The notes under the pieces were generated by a model. The model was not told where the DNA came from, searched no databases, and saw only the letters and a list, made by a program, of their open reading frames with translations. 64,000 bases of DNA, from the NCBI RefSeq assembly GCF_963921235.1, contig NC_086097.1, forward strand, positions 156,056,001 through 156,120,000, given 5' to 3'. The position numbers and the translations under genes are program-made. This document shows positions 1 through 11,260 of this stretch, piece after piece. Each line of letters opens with the position of its first letter. Position 1 is the stretch's first letter. Origin of the DNA: Mobula hypostoma (lineage: Eukaryota).

Positions 1-136
1 CCACTACTGGCTGAATTGGAATATACGCTGAGAAGGTAATATGACTACAAGCATTGTGTGCTTGGGAACAAAATAGCAGAACATTGGTGGTGGTGTTTAT
101 AGTGAGGAGGGTGGCCTCTGGCCCCAGAACAATATT

Positions 137-487
137 GATAGTCATAGTCATAGTCGTAGTCATACTTTATTGATCCCGGGGGAAATAGGTTTTCATTACA
201 GTTGCACCATAAATAATTAAATAGTAATAAAACCATAAATAGTTAAATAGTAATATGCAAATTATGCCAGGAAATAAGTTCAGGACCAGCCTATTGGCTC
301 AGGGTGTCTGACCCTCCAAGGGAGGAGTTGTAAAGTTTGATGGCCACAAGCAGGATGACTTCCTATGACGCTCTGTGTTGTATTTCAGTGGAATGAGTCT
401 CTGGCTGAATGTACTCCTGTGCCCAACCAGTACATTATGTAGTGGATGGGAGACATTGTCCAAGATGATATGCAAGACATTGTCCAA
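137..487 (-). mobile_element. Rex1/Babar LINE, 5'-truncated 3' end with (TATGAC)n tail
   Basis: ORF 299..499 (ILDNVSHPLHNVLVGHRSTFSQRLIPL) is a Rex1 ORF2 C-terminus; tandem catagt tail at 137-163; nearly identical to the 3' end of the copy at 41877-42803. Confidence 0.85.
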
Positions 488-591
488 AACATTGATCAAT
501 TTGTAAGTTGGGCAGAATAATGGCAGATAGAACGTAATCTGAATAAATTAGAACTAATTTATTTTGGAAGGTCTAACAAAAATAGGAAATC

Positions 592-1121
592 CACTCAGTA
601 GCAACTACTGGGTACACCTGCTTGTTATTGCAAATATCTAATCAGCCAATTATGTGGCAACAACTCAATGCATAAAAGCATGCAGACATGGTCAAGTGAT
701 TCAGTTGTTGTTCAGACCAAACATTGGAATCAGGAACATCAGAATGTGGAATGATTTCTGTTGTCAGATGGGATGGTTTGAATAATTCAGAAACTGCTGA
801 TTTTCTGAGATTTTCATGCACAACAGTCTCTAACATTTACAAAGAATCGTGCAAAAAACAAACAAAAAACATTCGGTGAGCAGCAGTTCTGTGGGTGGAA
901 ATGCCTTGCTAATGAAAGAGGTCAGACGAGAATGGCCAATGTGGTTGAAGCTGACAGGAAGGCTACAGTAACTCAAATAACTACATGCTACAACAGTGGT
1001 TTGCAGAGAACATTTCTGAATGCAGAACACGTTGAAACTTGAAGTGGATGAGCTACAACAGCTGAACACCAAGAACATAGAGAAATGCATCCTGTGTCTA
1101 ATGAAATGGCCACTGAGTGTA
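592..1121. mobile_element. Tc1-like non-autonomous DNA transposon
   Basis: Terminal inverted repeats CACTCAGT... at 592 and ...TGGCCACTGAGTG-TA ending 1121; related internally deleted copy at 8831-9027. Confidence 0.75.
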
Positions 1122-1122
1122 T

Positions 1123-2854
1123 ATAGAAATAGAGAAAACCTACAGTACAATACAGGCCCTTCGGCCCACAAAACTGTGCCGAACATGTACTTACCTCAGA
1201 AATTATTTAGGGTTACCCATAGCCCTCTATTTTTCTAAGCTCCATGTGCCTATCCAGGAGTCCCTTAGAACACCCTGTCACATCCGCCTCCAACACCGTC
1301 GCTGGCAGCCCATTCCACACACTCACCACTCTCCACAGAAAGAACTTATCCCTGACATCTACTCTGTACCTACTTCCAAGAACCTTAAAACTGTGCCCTC
1401 TCATGCTAGTCATTTCAGCCCTGGGGAAAAGCTTCTGACTATCCACATGATCAATGCCTCTCATCATCTTGTACACCTCTATCAGGTCACCTCTCATCCT
1501 GCGTCGCTCCAAGGAAAAAAGGCTGAGTTCACTCAATCTATTCTCATAAGGCATTCTCCCCAATCCAGGCAACATCCTTGTAAATCTCCTCTGCACCCTT
1601 TCTATGGTTTCCACATTCTTCTTGCAGTGAGGCGACCAGAATTGATCACAGTACTCCAAGTGGGGTCTGACCAGGGTCCTATATAGTAGCAACATTACCT
1701 TCGGCTCTTAAACCTAAACCCACGATTGATGAAGGCCAATGCACCGTATGCCTTCATAACCACAGAGTCAATCTGCACAGCAGCTTTGAGTGTCCTGTGG
1801 ACTCAGACCCCAAGATCCTCCTGATCCTCCACACTGCCAAGAGACTTATCATTAACAATATATTCTGCCATCATATTTGACCTACCAAAATGAACCACTT
1901 CACACTTATCCGGGTTGAACTCCATCTGCCATTTCTCAGCCCAGTTTTGCATCCTATCAATGTCCTGCTGTAACCTCTGAAAGCCCTCCACATCACCCCT
2001 AACCTTTGTGTCATCAGCAAATTTACTAACCCATCCCTCCACTTCCTCATCCAGGTCATTTATAAAAATCACAAAGAGTAGGGGTCCCAGAACAGATCCC
2101 TGAGGCACACCACTGGTCACCAACCTCCATGCCGGATATGACCCGTCTACAACCACTCCTTGCCTTCTGTGGGCAAGCCAGTTCTGGATCCACAAAGCAA
2201 TGTCCCCATGGATCCCATACCTCCTTACTTTCCCAATAAGCCTTGCATGGGGTACCTTATCAAATGCTTTTCTGAAATCCATATACACTACATCTATTGC
2301 TCTGCCTTCATCAATGTGTTTAGTCACATCCTCAAAAAATTCAGTCAGGGTTGTAAGACACGGCCTGCCTCTGACAAGACCATGCTGACATCTTCCTAAT
2401 CATATTATGCCTCTCTAAATGTTCATAAATCCTGCCTCTCAGAATCTTCTCCATCAACTTACCAACCACTGAATTCAGACTCATTGGTCTATAATTTCCT
2501 GGGTTATCTCTACTCCCTCTCTTGAATAAGGGAACAACATCCACAGCCCTCCAATCCTCCAGAACCTCTCCCGTCCCCATTGATGATGCAAAGATCATCA
2601 CCAAAGGCTCAGCAAACTCCTCCCTCGTCTCCTACAGTAGCCTGGGGTACATCTCGCCTGGTCCTGGTGACTTATCCAACTTGATGCTTTCCAAAAGCTC
2701 CAGCACATCCTTTTCCTTAATATCCACATGCTCAAGCTTTTCAGTCCGCTGTAAGTCATCCCTACAATCACCAAGATCCTTTACGTAGTGAATAATGAAG
2801 CAAAGTATTCATTAAGCACCTCTGCTAACTCCTCTGGTTCCATACACATTTTTC
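1123..2854 (-). mobile_element. CR1 (HER1-like) LINE, 5'-truncated, relatively young
   Basis: ORFs 2341..2604, 1803..2327 (DFRKAFDKVPH, GVPQGSVLGP, KFADDTK) and 1213..1695 (LYRTLVRPHLEYC) reconstruct a frameshifted CR1 ORF2 RT and C-terminus; CR1 3' tail at 1123-1210. Confidence 0.95.
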
Positions 2855-2939
2855 CACTGTCACACTTGATTGGTCCTATTCTGTTACGTCTTGTCCTCTT
2901 GCTCTTCACATACTCATGAATAATAGCAGAAATGCAGAA

Positions 2940-3425
2940 TATATAGGTTGAGTGGTAAAGATACTGTACTTACAGTATTTTCATTAGCCGGGCCATAGAA
3001 TATATGAGGATAGAGGCTGTGGTAAAATTTTACCAAACATTGGCTAGACCACATGGGGCCTATTGTGTGTAATTTCAGTCCCCATACTGTAGAAATAATG
3101 CAGTTGCTTTTGAGAGGGTGCAGAGATTTTCTAGGATGTTGCCCTGGAGATTTCATTTCTTAGGAATGCCTGGATCGGCTCGCAAATATGAGATGAAAGG
3201 TCTTGGCCTGAAATACCGATGTTTACTGTTTTCCAAAGATGCTGCCTGGCCTGCTGAGTTCCTCTAGCATTTTGTGTGTGTTGCCCTGGATAGGCTAGGT
3301 TCATTTTCCTTGGTGCTGAGGAAGCTGAAGAGGAGGGGTTGAGGGCTGATAAAGATATGAAGGGCGTAGTTGGAACAAATAAAAGGAAACTTTTCCCAAT
3401 TACAGAGATGTCTAAAATGGTATGA
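2940..3425 (+). mobile_element. Old CR1 ORF2 C-terminal fragment interrupted by a Penelope terminus (3190-3287)
   Basis: Degenerate TLARPH, ERVQR and RMLPG-like coding sequence; insert gatgaaaggtcttggcctgaaa...gatgctgcctggcctgctgagttcc. Confidence 0.7.
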
Positions 3426-3774
3426 CATAGGATGAAGGTGAGAAGTAAATAAAGTCTAAGGAAAGTAAAATAACAAGTGGGTGTAATTTTTTGTATGATT
3501 TAAGATGGTACGGGTGAAGCAGAATGACAACTTGTGGGTGGCAAACAAAACAAACTGCATTAATCACACTTTTCTTGGATATGATCACTATAATGTATAG
3601 CATGTAACACTTTCAGAGTTGAGCCGTTGAACCAGCACGTACATTTTTAAGATGTGAACTGAAATCTCAAAGGTGCCGGACGGTTGCAGTGTGATGTGTG
3701 TGGACAGAATCAAGGCAGCTTAGTCTGAGCACGAGAGCAGGAAATAAGCTAATGTTTGGCCATTGCTGGAACGG

Positions 3775-4552
3775 ACTTCAAAGGTTCAAAGCTTCATTTA
3801 ATGTCAGAGAAATGTATACAATATACATTCTGAAATGCTTTTTCTTCGCAACCATCCATGAAAACAGAGGTGTGCCCCAAAGAATGAACGACAGTTAAAT
3901 GTTAGAACCTCAAAGTCCCCCCAGCTGCCCTCCGGTGCGTAAGCAGCAGTGAGCAACAATCCCCCCTCCCCCCACCAGCAAAAATAAAGTGCACCCGCTA
4001 CCAGCACTCAAGCGTGAGCAAAGAAATAGCAAAGACACAGACTTGCATTTACCCCAAAGACTACGTTGTTCATCCGATAATTCGACATTGCTGCAGGCTC
4101 TCTCTCTCCTAATAAGGGAGAAAGAGGTGACTCCATTCCATTTTCCAGCGAGCGGGGAGACATAACAAACAAGTCACTGGTTTACGATGTTAGAAGTCCG
4201 TTACGTCACTTTTTTCGAGCTCTGTGCCTGGAAATCGCCAGGATCCCGGGTCCCCAGGCACACAGCAGATGTTCCGACTCCCCCAATGACAGTTACTCGA
4301 GATCGTAGGCTTCTGAAACCATGCCAAAACCTTAAGCGAAGACTTTGGCATGCCGAATAGCGGCAAATTGTGGAACCCCGAGAGCGGGTCCCATTCCCAC
4401 AAAGAACAGTAGTCAGCGTGTAACTCCAGGTCAGGGTCTTCAAAAGAACCCTGAAAAGGAAGGATAGAGATATAGAAGATAGAAATAGGACTGTTTTTGA
4501 AGATGCAAGCAAAGGAATCGCCGTTGGGCGCCATAACTACTTAGTTCCGCCT
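3775..4552 (-). mobile_element. Non-autonomous LINE-derived or SINE-like element, family A
   Basis: ~770 bp colinear homology with 12001-12745; minus strand begins ...ATGGCGCCCAACGGCG and ends in a (CTTTGAA)-type tail after ATTAAA; no credible protein. Confidence 0.75.
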
Positions 4553-4564
4553 CTCAAATTCGAG

Positions 4565-5135
4565 TTGAGGTGAGCAGAGATGATGCAGAATCAAGATGGA
4601 GGGGCTCAGGTATGAGTCCAAGAGGGACGAACGACCCAAGGTGTAATCAATTTAAATGCTGGGCTAAATTGCAATGGTTGGGACCCTGAAACGAGCCAGG
4701 GTTCTGGGCCCGACAGCATATTGAAGTGGCAGAGCACAGCTCCAAGAGCGAGATATGATCTGAGGTTTGGATGATTTAAGTGCCAGGCCATATTGAAAAG
4801 GTCACAGTGTAGGGCCGGAGAGACAAGCTGGTTCAACTCACTGATCCATGGGGTTTACTCGCCTCTGTGCTGAACTGAAGCTGTCGTCTACAACTAATGG
4901 GCTGTTGAATTGGCTCATGTCTGTGGTCTTACTTTTGTGAACTTCAGTTCTGAATGTTACTTGCTTACTTTTATTCTTGAATGGTTTGTTTATTTCTGCA
5001 CATTGGGTGTTTTTGTCGGTATTTTTAATGGGTTCTATTGGTTTACTTTGTTTTGTGGCTGACTGTAAGAAGATGAATCTCAAAGTTGTATTTAGTATAT
5101 GTACTTAGATAATAAATGTACTTTGAACTTTGAAT
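4565..5135 (+). mobile_element. SINE-like or LINE 3' element with AATAAA...(CTTTGAA)n tail
   Basis: 3' part tttgtggctgactgtaagaagatgaatctcaaagttg...aataaatgtactttgaactttgaa is shared with 36430-36845 and 25480-25665. Confidence 0.65.
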
Positions 5136-5224
5136 TTTTAATCCGAAGGGGCGGACGAACCAGGGATACTTCAGGACGAACACTTGAATCACCCAAGGCA
5201 CAGAAAAAACAGGATTAGGTAACT

Positions 5225-8200
5225 GTGATTAGTATTGATGTTCAATCTGCGTCCTCTGAGAGGAGGACCCCCACAAAAGCCACAAAGAATCTAAGGAAAA
5301 GATACCCCCAGGGGTGCCCGAGAGGTGGGGAGGATGAGCACCCCAGTCAGATGGACACAACGACGTCAGACCCAGGCGATGAACAAACGACGATGAGGAA
5401 GCAGTGTGCATGTGGCAAAATCTGCAAGAACGATCGCGGCTTGAAGATCCACCAAGCGAGGATGAAGTGTTCGGCGGGAGTAGGAGCAGCACAACGCGCA
5501 GGTGTCCAACCTGGTGAGACGAAGGAGGGGCCAGGCCCAGAGTCACCCCATAGTGCCCAGAACCTCCAAGTGTTGCAAACTAATCCCTCTAACATGAAGT
5601 CTAACAGGAGGTGGATCAAATGGCCTGCAGCTAATATGACTTCACTGTGGAGGCAGTTTGATGAAGATGTTAACAGAATTCTGGAGGCAACGGCAAAGGG
5701 AGGGGTTGATAGGAAGCTGCAAACCATGACAACAATTATTGTTAGTAACACAGCGGAACGGTTTGGAGAAGAGGAGAAGGAAGGCTCCAAAACATCTTAC
5801 TCGAAGAACCAAAGAGCATTGAGGATCCATAACATCAGGCAGGAGATGAAAGCACTGAAGTCCCAATACAAGGAGGCAGGAGAAGAGGAGCGCATTGGCT
5901 TGGCCCAGCTGATGTGCATACTAAGAAAGAAGATCAGGGTCCTCCACCGGGCAGAGTGGCATCGGAGGCGGCGTCGTGAAAGGGCCCGAAAACGTGCTGC
6001 CTTTATCGCCAACCCCTTCAAGTTCACCAAGGAGTCGCTGGGGGAGAAGCGCAGTGGGAAACTGGCCTGTTCGCAGGAAGACATAGACCAACATCTGAAG
6101 AAGATATATAATGATCCTGAAAGAGAGCAGGAGTTGGGAGAGTGCGACGTCCTAATAGACCCACCTGAACCAGATGTGCAGTTTGACATGTCAGAGCTGC
6201 AACTAAAGGAAGTCAGAGAGGTCGTCCGCAAAGCAAAGGCAAGCTCGGCTCCAGGACCAAGCAAAACCTCGTACAAAGTGTACAAGAACTGCCCCAAACT
6301 CCTGCTGCGTCTGTGGAAGATCCTGAGAATCTTCTGGAGAAGGGGGAAGATCCCAGAACAGTGGAGAGTGGCTGAAGGGGTGTGGATCCCGAAGGAGGAA
6401 AATGCCACCCAGATAGATCAGTTTCGCATCATCTCCCTGCTGTGTGTCGAGGCGAAGATCTTCTTCAGTGCAGTTTCCAACCGGCTGTGCACCTACCTAG
6501 CAAAGAACACCTATATTGATACATCAGTCCAGAAGGGTGGCATTTCAGGGATGCTGGGCTGTCTGGAGCACATCGGTGTGGTGACACAGCTCATCAGGGA
6601 GGCCAGAGAGAACAAGCACAACCTGTCAGTGCTGTGGCTGGACCTGGCAAATGCATATGGCTCCATTCCGCACAAGCTGGTGCAGCTCACACTGACCAAA
6701 TATCACGTCCCCAGCAGAATCTGAGACCTTATCACTGACTATTACAGCAACTTCAGGATGATGGTCTCTTCAGGAGCAATTACATCAACCTGGCACAAGG
6801 TGGAGATCAGCATCATCACAGGGTGCACCATCTCAGTGACACTGTTCTCCCTAGCCATGAACATGCTCACTAAGTCTGCTGAACCAGAGTACAGAGGGCC
6901 CAGAATGAATTCCGCTCAACGGCAACCACCTATCAGGGCATTCATGGATGACCTCACAGTCACCACAGAATCAGTCCCAGGCTGCCGGAGGATTCTGCAA
7001 GGGCTCGAAAAGCTGGTGGAGTGGGCCCGGATGCGTTTCAAACCTGCCAAATCAAGATCGATGGTGCTGAGGAAAGGGAAGGTGGAGAACAAGTTCCGGT
7101 TCAGCATCTCAGGCACAGCCATCCCAACCATCACAGAAAAGCCAGTCAAGAGCTTAGGCAAAGTTTTTGACAGCTCTTTAAGGGACACAACATTCATTCA
7201 GGCAACCTGCACCGAGTTGGATGGCTGGCTGAAATCTGTGGACAAGTCTGGCCTACCTGGGAAGTTTAAAGCCTGGGTGTATCAGCATGGCATTCTTCCC
7301 AGAATCCTGTGGCCCCTCCTCATCTGTGCAGTTCTGATCTCGACAGTCGAAACCTTAGAGAGGAGGGTTAGCAACCACCTCAGGAGATGGCTGGGGCTGC
7401 CAAAGAGCCTAAGCAGCATCGCACTCTACGGACACCACAACAAACTGCAACTGCCTTTCAAATCCTTGGAGGAAGAATTCAAGGTAACAAGAGCCAGAGA
7501 AGTGCTACAGTATAGGGACTCAAGTGACCCAAAGGTGGCTAGAGCAGGGATTCAAGTAGGTACTGGCAGGAAGTGGAGGGCAGAGGAAGCTGTTCAGGAG
7601 GCAGAGGCGAGGCTGCGTCACAGGAGGCTGGTGGGAGTGGTCACACAAGGCCGAGCTGGGCTTGGGTCCTTTCCAACTCCCCAAATGGACACCAGAGGGA
7701 AGAAAAGGCATCGTCTAGTTCAGGAGGAGGTGAGGACAGAAGTGGAGGAGATGAGAGCCTGCAAGGTGGTGGGAATGAAGCAACAGGGAGCTTGGACAAG
7801 ATGTGAGAATGCGGTTGAGAGGAAAGTGACCTGGGCTGATCTTTGGAAAGCTGAACCACACCACATCCAATTTCTCATCCAGGCAGTGTACGATGTGCTT
7901 CCAAGCCCATCAAACCTGCACACATGGGGCAAGGCAGAGTCATGGCGTGCCCACTGTGCTCCAAGTGAGGAACCCTGGAGCACATCCTCAGCGGCTGTGC
8001 AAGGGCACTTGGTGAGGGACGGTACAGGTGGAGGCATGATCAGGTCCTGAAGACCATCGCTGAAGCTGTCAGCGCAGGAGTTGAGTGGGCGAAGCGGTCC
8101 CGACCCTCCAGGCAGACCATTGCCTTTGTCAGAGCTGGGGAGCAGCCAATACCGGTCAAAAGAACATCTACAGGCATCCTGACCTCTGCAAGGGACTGGC

Positions 8201-8601
8201 AGCTGTTGGTGGACCTCGAAGGGCAGCTGAAGTTCCCCAACCATATCGCAGCCACCACCCTGCGACCAGACGTTGTCCTAGTGTCTGAGTCTACTAAGCA
8301 AGTGGTGCTGCTGGAGCTGACAGTCCCATGGGAAGATAGCTTGGAAGAGGCCTTTGAAAGGAAGCTCTCCAAGTACGCAGGACTGGTCAGCAACTGTCAG
8401 CAGGCTGGATGGAGAGCGAGGTGTCTCCCAGTGGAGGTTGGTTGTAGGGGATTCATAGCCCGTTCTTTAGTTAGAGCCTTCAGCATTTTGGGCATCGAGG
8501 GAGAGGGGAAGAGGAGGGCCATCCGCAGTACCACCGATGCGGCAGAGAGGGCCTCAAGATGGCTGTGGCTCAAAAGAGGGGAGCCATGGAGTCATAAGTA
8601 G
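5225..8601 (+). pseudogene. HERO polyprotein ORF (ZnF-RT-CCHC-RLE), disrupted
   Basis: ORFs 5225..6724 and 6758..8050 share a frame, separated by TGA at 6722-6724; a frameshift near 7942 enters the frame of 8206..8601, with TGA at 7966-7968. True start codon uncertain (first in-frame ATG at 5351). Confidence 0.9.
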
Positions 8602-8757
8602 CTAGCCATCTGGATACAAGCTGGGGTCTGATCAGCCCCGGCTGGGTCAAATGGAGGAGGTTGTATGATGTTGAAAGACCCGAAACACCCGATGATTCCA
8701 GGAACATCACTGAAGATGTGTCCAGAAGCATCAATAGATGTATGTACACAGATGTGC
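5241..8757 (+). mobile_element. R2-group (HERO-clade) non-LTR retrotransposon, near full length
   Basis: Single-ORF architecture: N-terminal zinc finger CACGKICKNDRGLKIHQARMKC, RT (WLDLANAYGSIPH, GCTISVTLF, AFMDDL), CCHC knuckle CPLC..EHILSGC, RHD motif and PD-(D/E)XK restriction-like endonuclease (LRPDVVL..LLELTVPWE..KLSKY). Inserted in a CR1 3' tail; possible 8-bp TSD TATTGATG at 5233-5240 and 8758-8765. Confidence 0.93.
8609..8726 (+). ncRNA. Candidate non-circularly permuted (pseudoknotted) hammerhead ribozyme in the HERO 3' UTR
   Basis: CTGAAGA (8710-8716) follows stem I (8666-8672/8703-8709, 7 perfect pairs); GAAA (8682-8685) follows stem II (8644-8648/8677-8681); GTA triplet (8663-8665) ends stem III (8659-8664/8685-8690, 1 mismatch); outer 10-bp stem 8609-8618/8717-8726. 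Confidence 0.65.
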
Positions 8758-8830
8758 TATTGATGGGACGAATAGGCTATGTCAATGTATGACCCTATAA
8801 AATAAATTAAAATTAATTATATAATCAATC

Positions 8831-9027
8831 TACACTCAGTGGCCACTTTAGCAGAAACAGGAAGTGCTCACTGAGTGTATATTCGTGGTCTTCTGCTGCT
8901 GTAGTCCATCGACATCAAGTTGTTTGTTCAAAGATGTACTTCTGCATATTGTTATTGTAACATGTAGTTATTTTTGCATATAATTTGCAGGTGTACAGGT
9001 GTATTAATAATGTGGCCACTGTGTGTA
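8831..9027. mobile_element. Tc1-like MITE, internally deleted relative of 592-1121
   Basis: TA-CACTCAGTGGCCAC...GTGGCCACTGTGTG-TA termini; interior is reverse-complement similar to 592-1121. Confidence 0.75.
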
Positions 9028-9059
9028 TAATAGTATGTTATTAAAACAGTAAAATATGA

Positions 9060-10200
9060 CAGCTGATTGAAACAATAAAGATTTCAAAAGTACACAAAGC
9101 CAATGCTAGACCCCGAGATGGGCTGCTATGTGTCCCACCCAGCTTGATTTTCGAATGAAACTATTTTATCAGACAGTTCAACACAGTTTGAATTTAATCA
9201 AAATGATGAAATAGCCAAGGTAGTCTTAAATATATTAAATTGTGACCCACAATTAAAATATTTGGATGAACTTGTGGTTCGTAGTGATGCAAAGATTTGG
9301 AAGATCAGTGTAACACCTGAAGAATGGCAAAGTCCACCTATTCCAATGGCATAGACTCACAACCCACAAGTGGAAGGGAGTTTGATTAACGTTACCATGA
9401 CAAGGAATGGTTTGCATTAGATTTGATTTCATAATCGTAATAGGTGAATTAAAGAAAACAAAGCAGAAAGTCAAAAGCATTTTACAGCAATGATTATCAC
9501 CAGGACCTAATAATGATTATATTCAGCAAAATCCACTAATTCTATCCTTGCTCCTGCTGGAGACCATCTCATCAAAGAGGATCGAAATGTCATCTTCTTG
9601 GCAACACTGACTGAAAGATATGGGAGTTGGTTGATAGAGCAAAGCGGCCACAACATAGAGAAAATGGAGGAGGGATACCTATCTCATTGGATTCATAATG
9701 AACATTTAATGCAGTTGACTGATTATTAAATGCAACATAATGTGAGTTTCTAATTAAAACTCAGTAATCTATCCTATGCGAATATTCCACGAATAATATT
9801 TTTGGTCTCACTATTGTAATTTTGCCTAATTCTAAAACACTACAAACTTCCTCTGTTTAAAGTAGAAATCTTTGCACATGTATTCCAATAAATGCAAACA
9901 ATAATAGCATATTGAAAGAATTTTCCTGTGTAGCTTATAACACCTCGAAAAGTGAAGCATACAGAGAGATTTCCACAGATTTAGTGGGATATCAGAAAAT
10001 GAGAGATGTGGCAATGTATTTCTAAAGATTTTCAAGCTACATCAGCAAGGCTCAGAATTTACCAGAGGAATGGAAAATATTATCTAACTACATCTGTGTA
10101 ATTCTTTGTATTTGAAAATAACCAGAATAAACCCTTTGTAATGACCTGCTCATGTGATATTAAGGTGTAGGATCCAAAAATCTTCACATCGGGGTAACAA
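9060..10200 (+). pseudogene. Highly decayed coding remnant, probably ancient L1/Tx1 ORF2 endonuclease region
   Basis: Stop-poor plus frames (open runs 9148-9351 and 9517-9726); SNDYHQDL..CWRP resembles the L1 SDH..WRL motif; lies upstream of the decayed L1 RT block at 16.0-17.4 kb. Confidence 0.35.
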
Positions 10201-10294
10201 GAAACTCGTACTTGGGTGGTTCAACTTCTTACTTTGAATGTGACAGAATATACAGCATAAGAAAATTTGGCTGAGATATAACTATACCTGAATC

Positions 10295-11260
10295 CAAAGT
10301 ACAAGTCAAAGTTTAAAATCAGTTTATTATCATTCAACTGTATAGATGTATACCGCCAAACAAAACAACATTCCTCTGGGACAAGGTGCACAACACAGTA
10401 CATATAACTCACACACATAAAACAAAAAAGTAATATTACCACAAATAAATTAACAATAGTAAGGACCATAAATGATACAAGTTAAGAACTAAACAGTTTA
10501 ACGTGACAAACTTCTGAAATGCTCCCTTCACTGCCGCTGCTACTGTGTGGTAACTGGAATGTCCGGAGCAGAAGGCCCCGAATCCTCGGCCTTGCTTGTT
10601 TTGGTGGCCGGGGTTAGGTCGAAGGTGCTTGGCAGAGGATAGTGCTCAGGAGGCTGTATCGGAGGGGCTGGTTGGAGGCTCGAAGTTTTCGGATGGACAG
10701 ACTTGGTGTCGGCTGTGGTCGGCTGCTTCCAAGGCATCGGCAGTTGTCGGTGCCTTGGAGGTTTATGGCAGGGAATTTCTCCCTTTTGCCGCCTGCTATC
10801 GGGGACTCATGAGTTGATTGACTCGGGACTTTGAGACTTTTTTTTTTACCGTGCCCATGGTCTGTTCTTCATCAAATTATGGTATTGGTTTGCACTGCAG
10901 TAACTATATGTTATAATTATGTGGTGCTGTCAGTGTGAGTCTTTGGTTTGTCCTGTTTTCTGGAGGAACATTTTATCATTTCTTAATGCATATATGCATT
11001 TCTAAATGACAATAAAAGAGGACTGAGTGTTCTCATAATCTAATCTAATAAGTGATGAGATCTGAGTGGTGGCAGGGAGTTCAGTTGGGGGAAGAAACTG
11101 ATTCCCATCCTAACAATTCTTATCCTAATGCTACAGTGCCTTCTGCCTGATGGTAGGGGTCAAAGAGATTGTTGGAGGGAGGGAGGGATCACTAACAATG
11201 CTAAGGGCCCTGCATACACTTCTAATAAGTATAAAGTATTTAATAGGTGGAAGAGAGAAA
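10295..11260 (-). mobile_element. Rex1-like LINE 3' end, interrupted by a family B element
   Basis: 11050-11260 reads as a Rex1 C-terminus on the minus strand (ctaccatcaggcagaagg, LPSGRR-like); 3' UTR and tail at 10295-10500. Confidence 0.55.
10505..11048 (+). mobile_element. Non-autonomous element family B, 5'-truncated, (ATCTA)n tail
   Basis: Colinear with 20005-20532; ends aataaaagaggactgagtgttctcataatctaatcta. Confidence 0.8.

Noticed and set aside
5136..5300. Possible 5' HDV-like ribozyme of the HERO element
   Set aside because: 5136-5230 resembles a CR1 3' end; only a small GTCCTC/GAGGAC hairpin is visible and I could not build an HDV fold.
5229..8393. Multiple minus-strand ORFs of 100-200 aa
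   Set aside because: Antisense shadows of the HERO ORF with no recognisable motifs.
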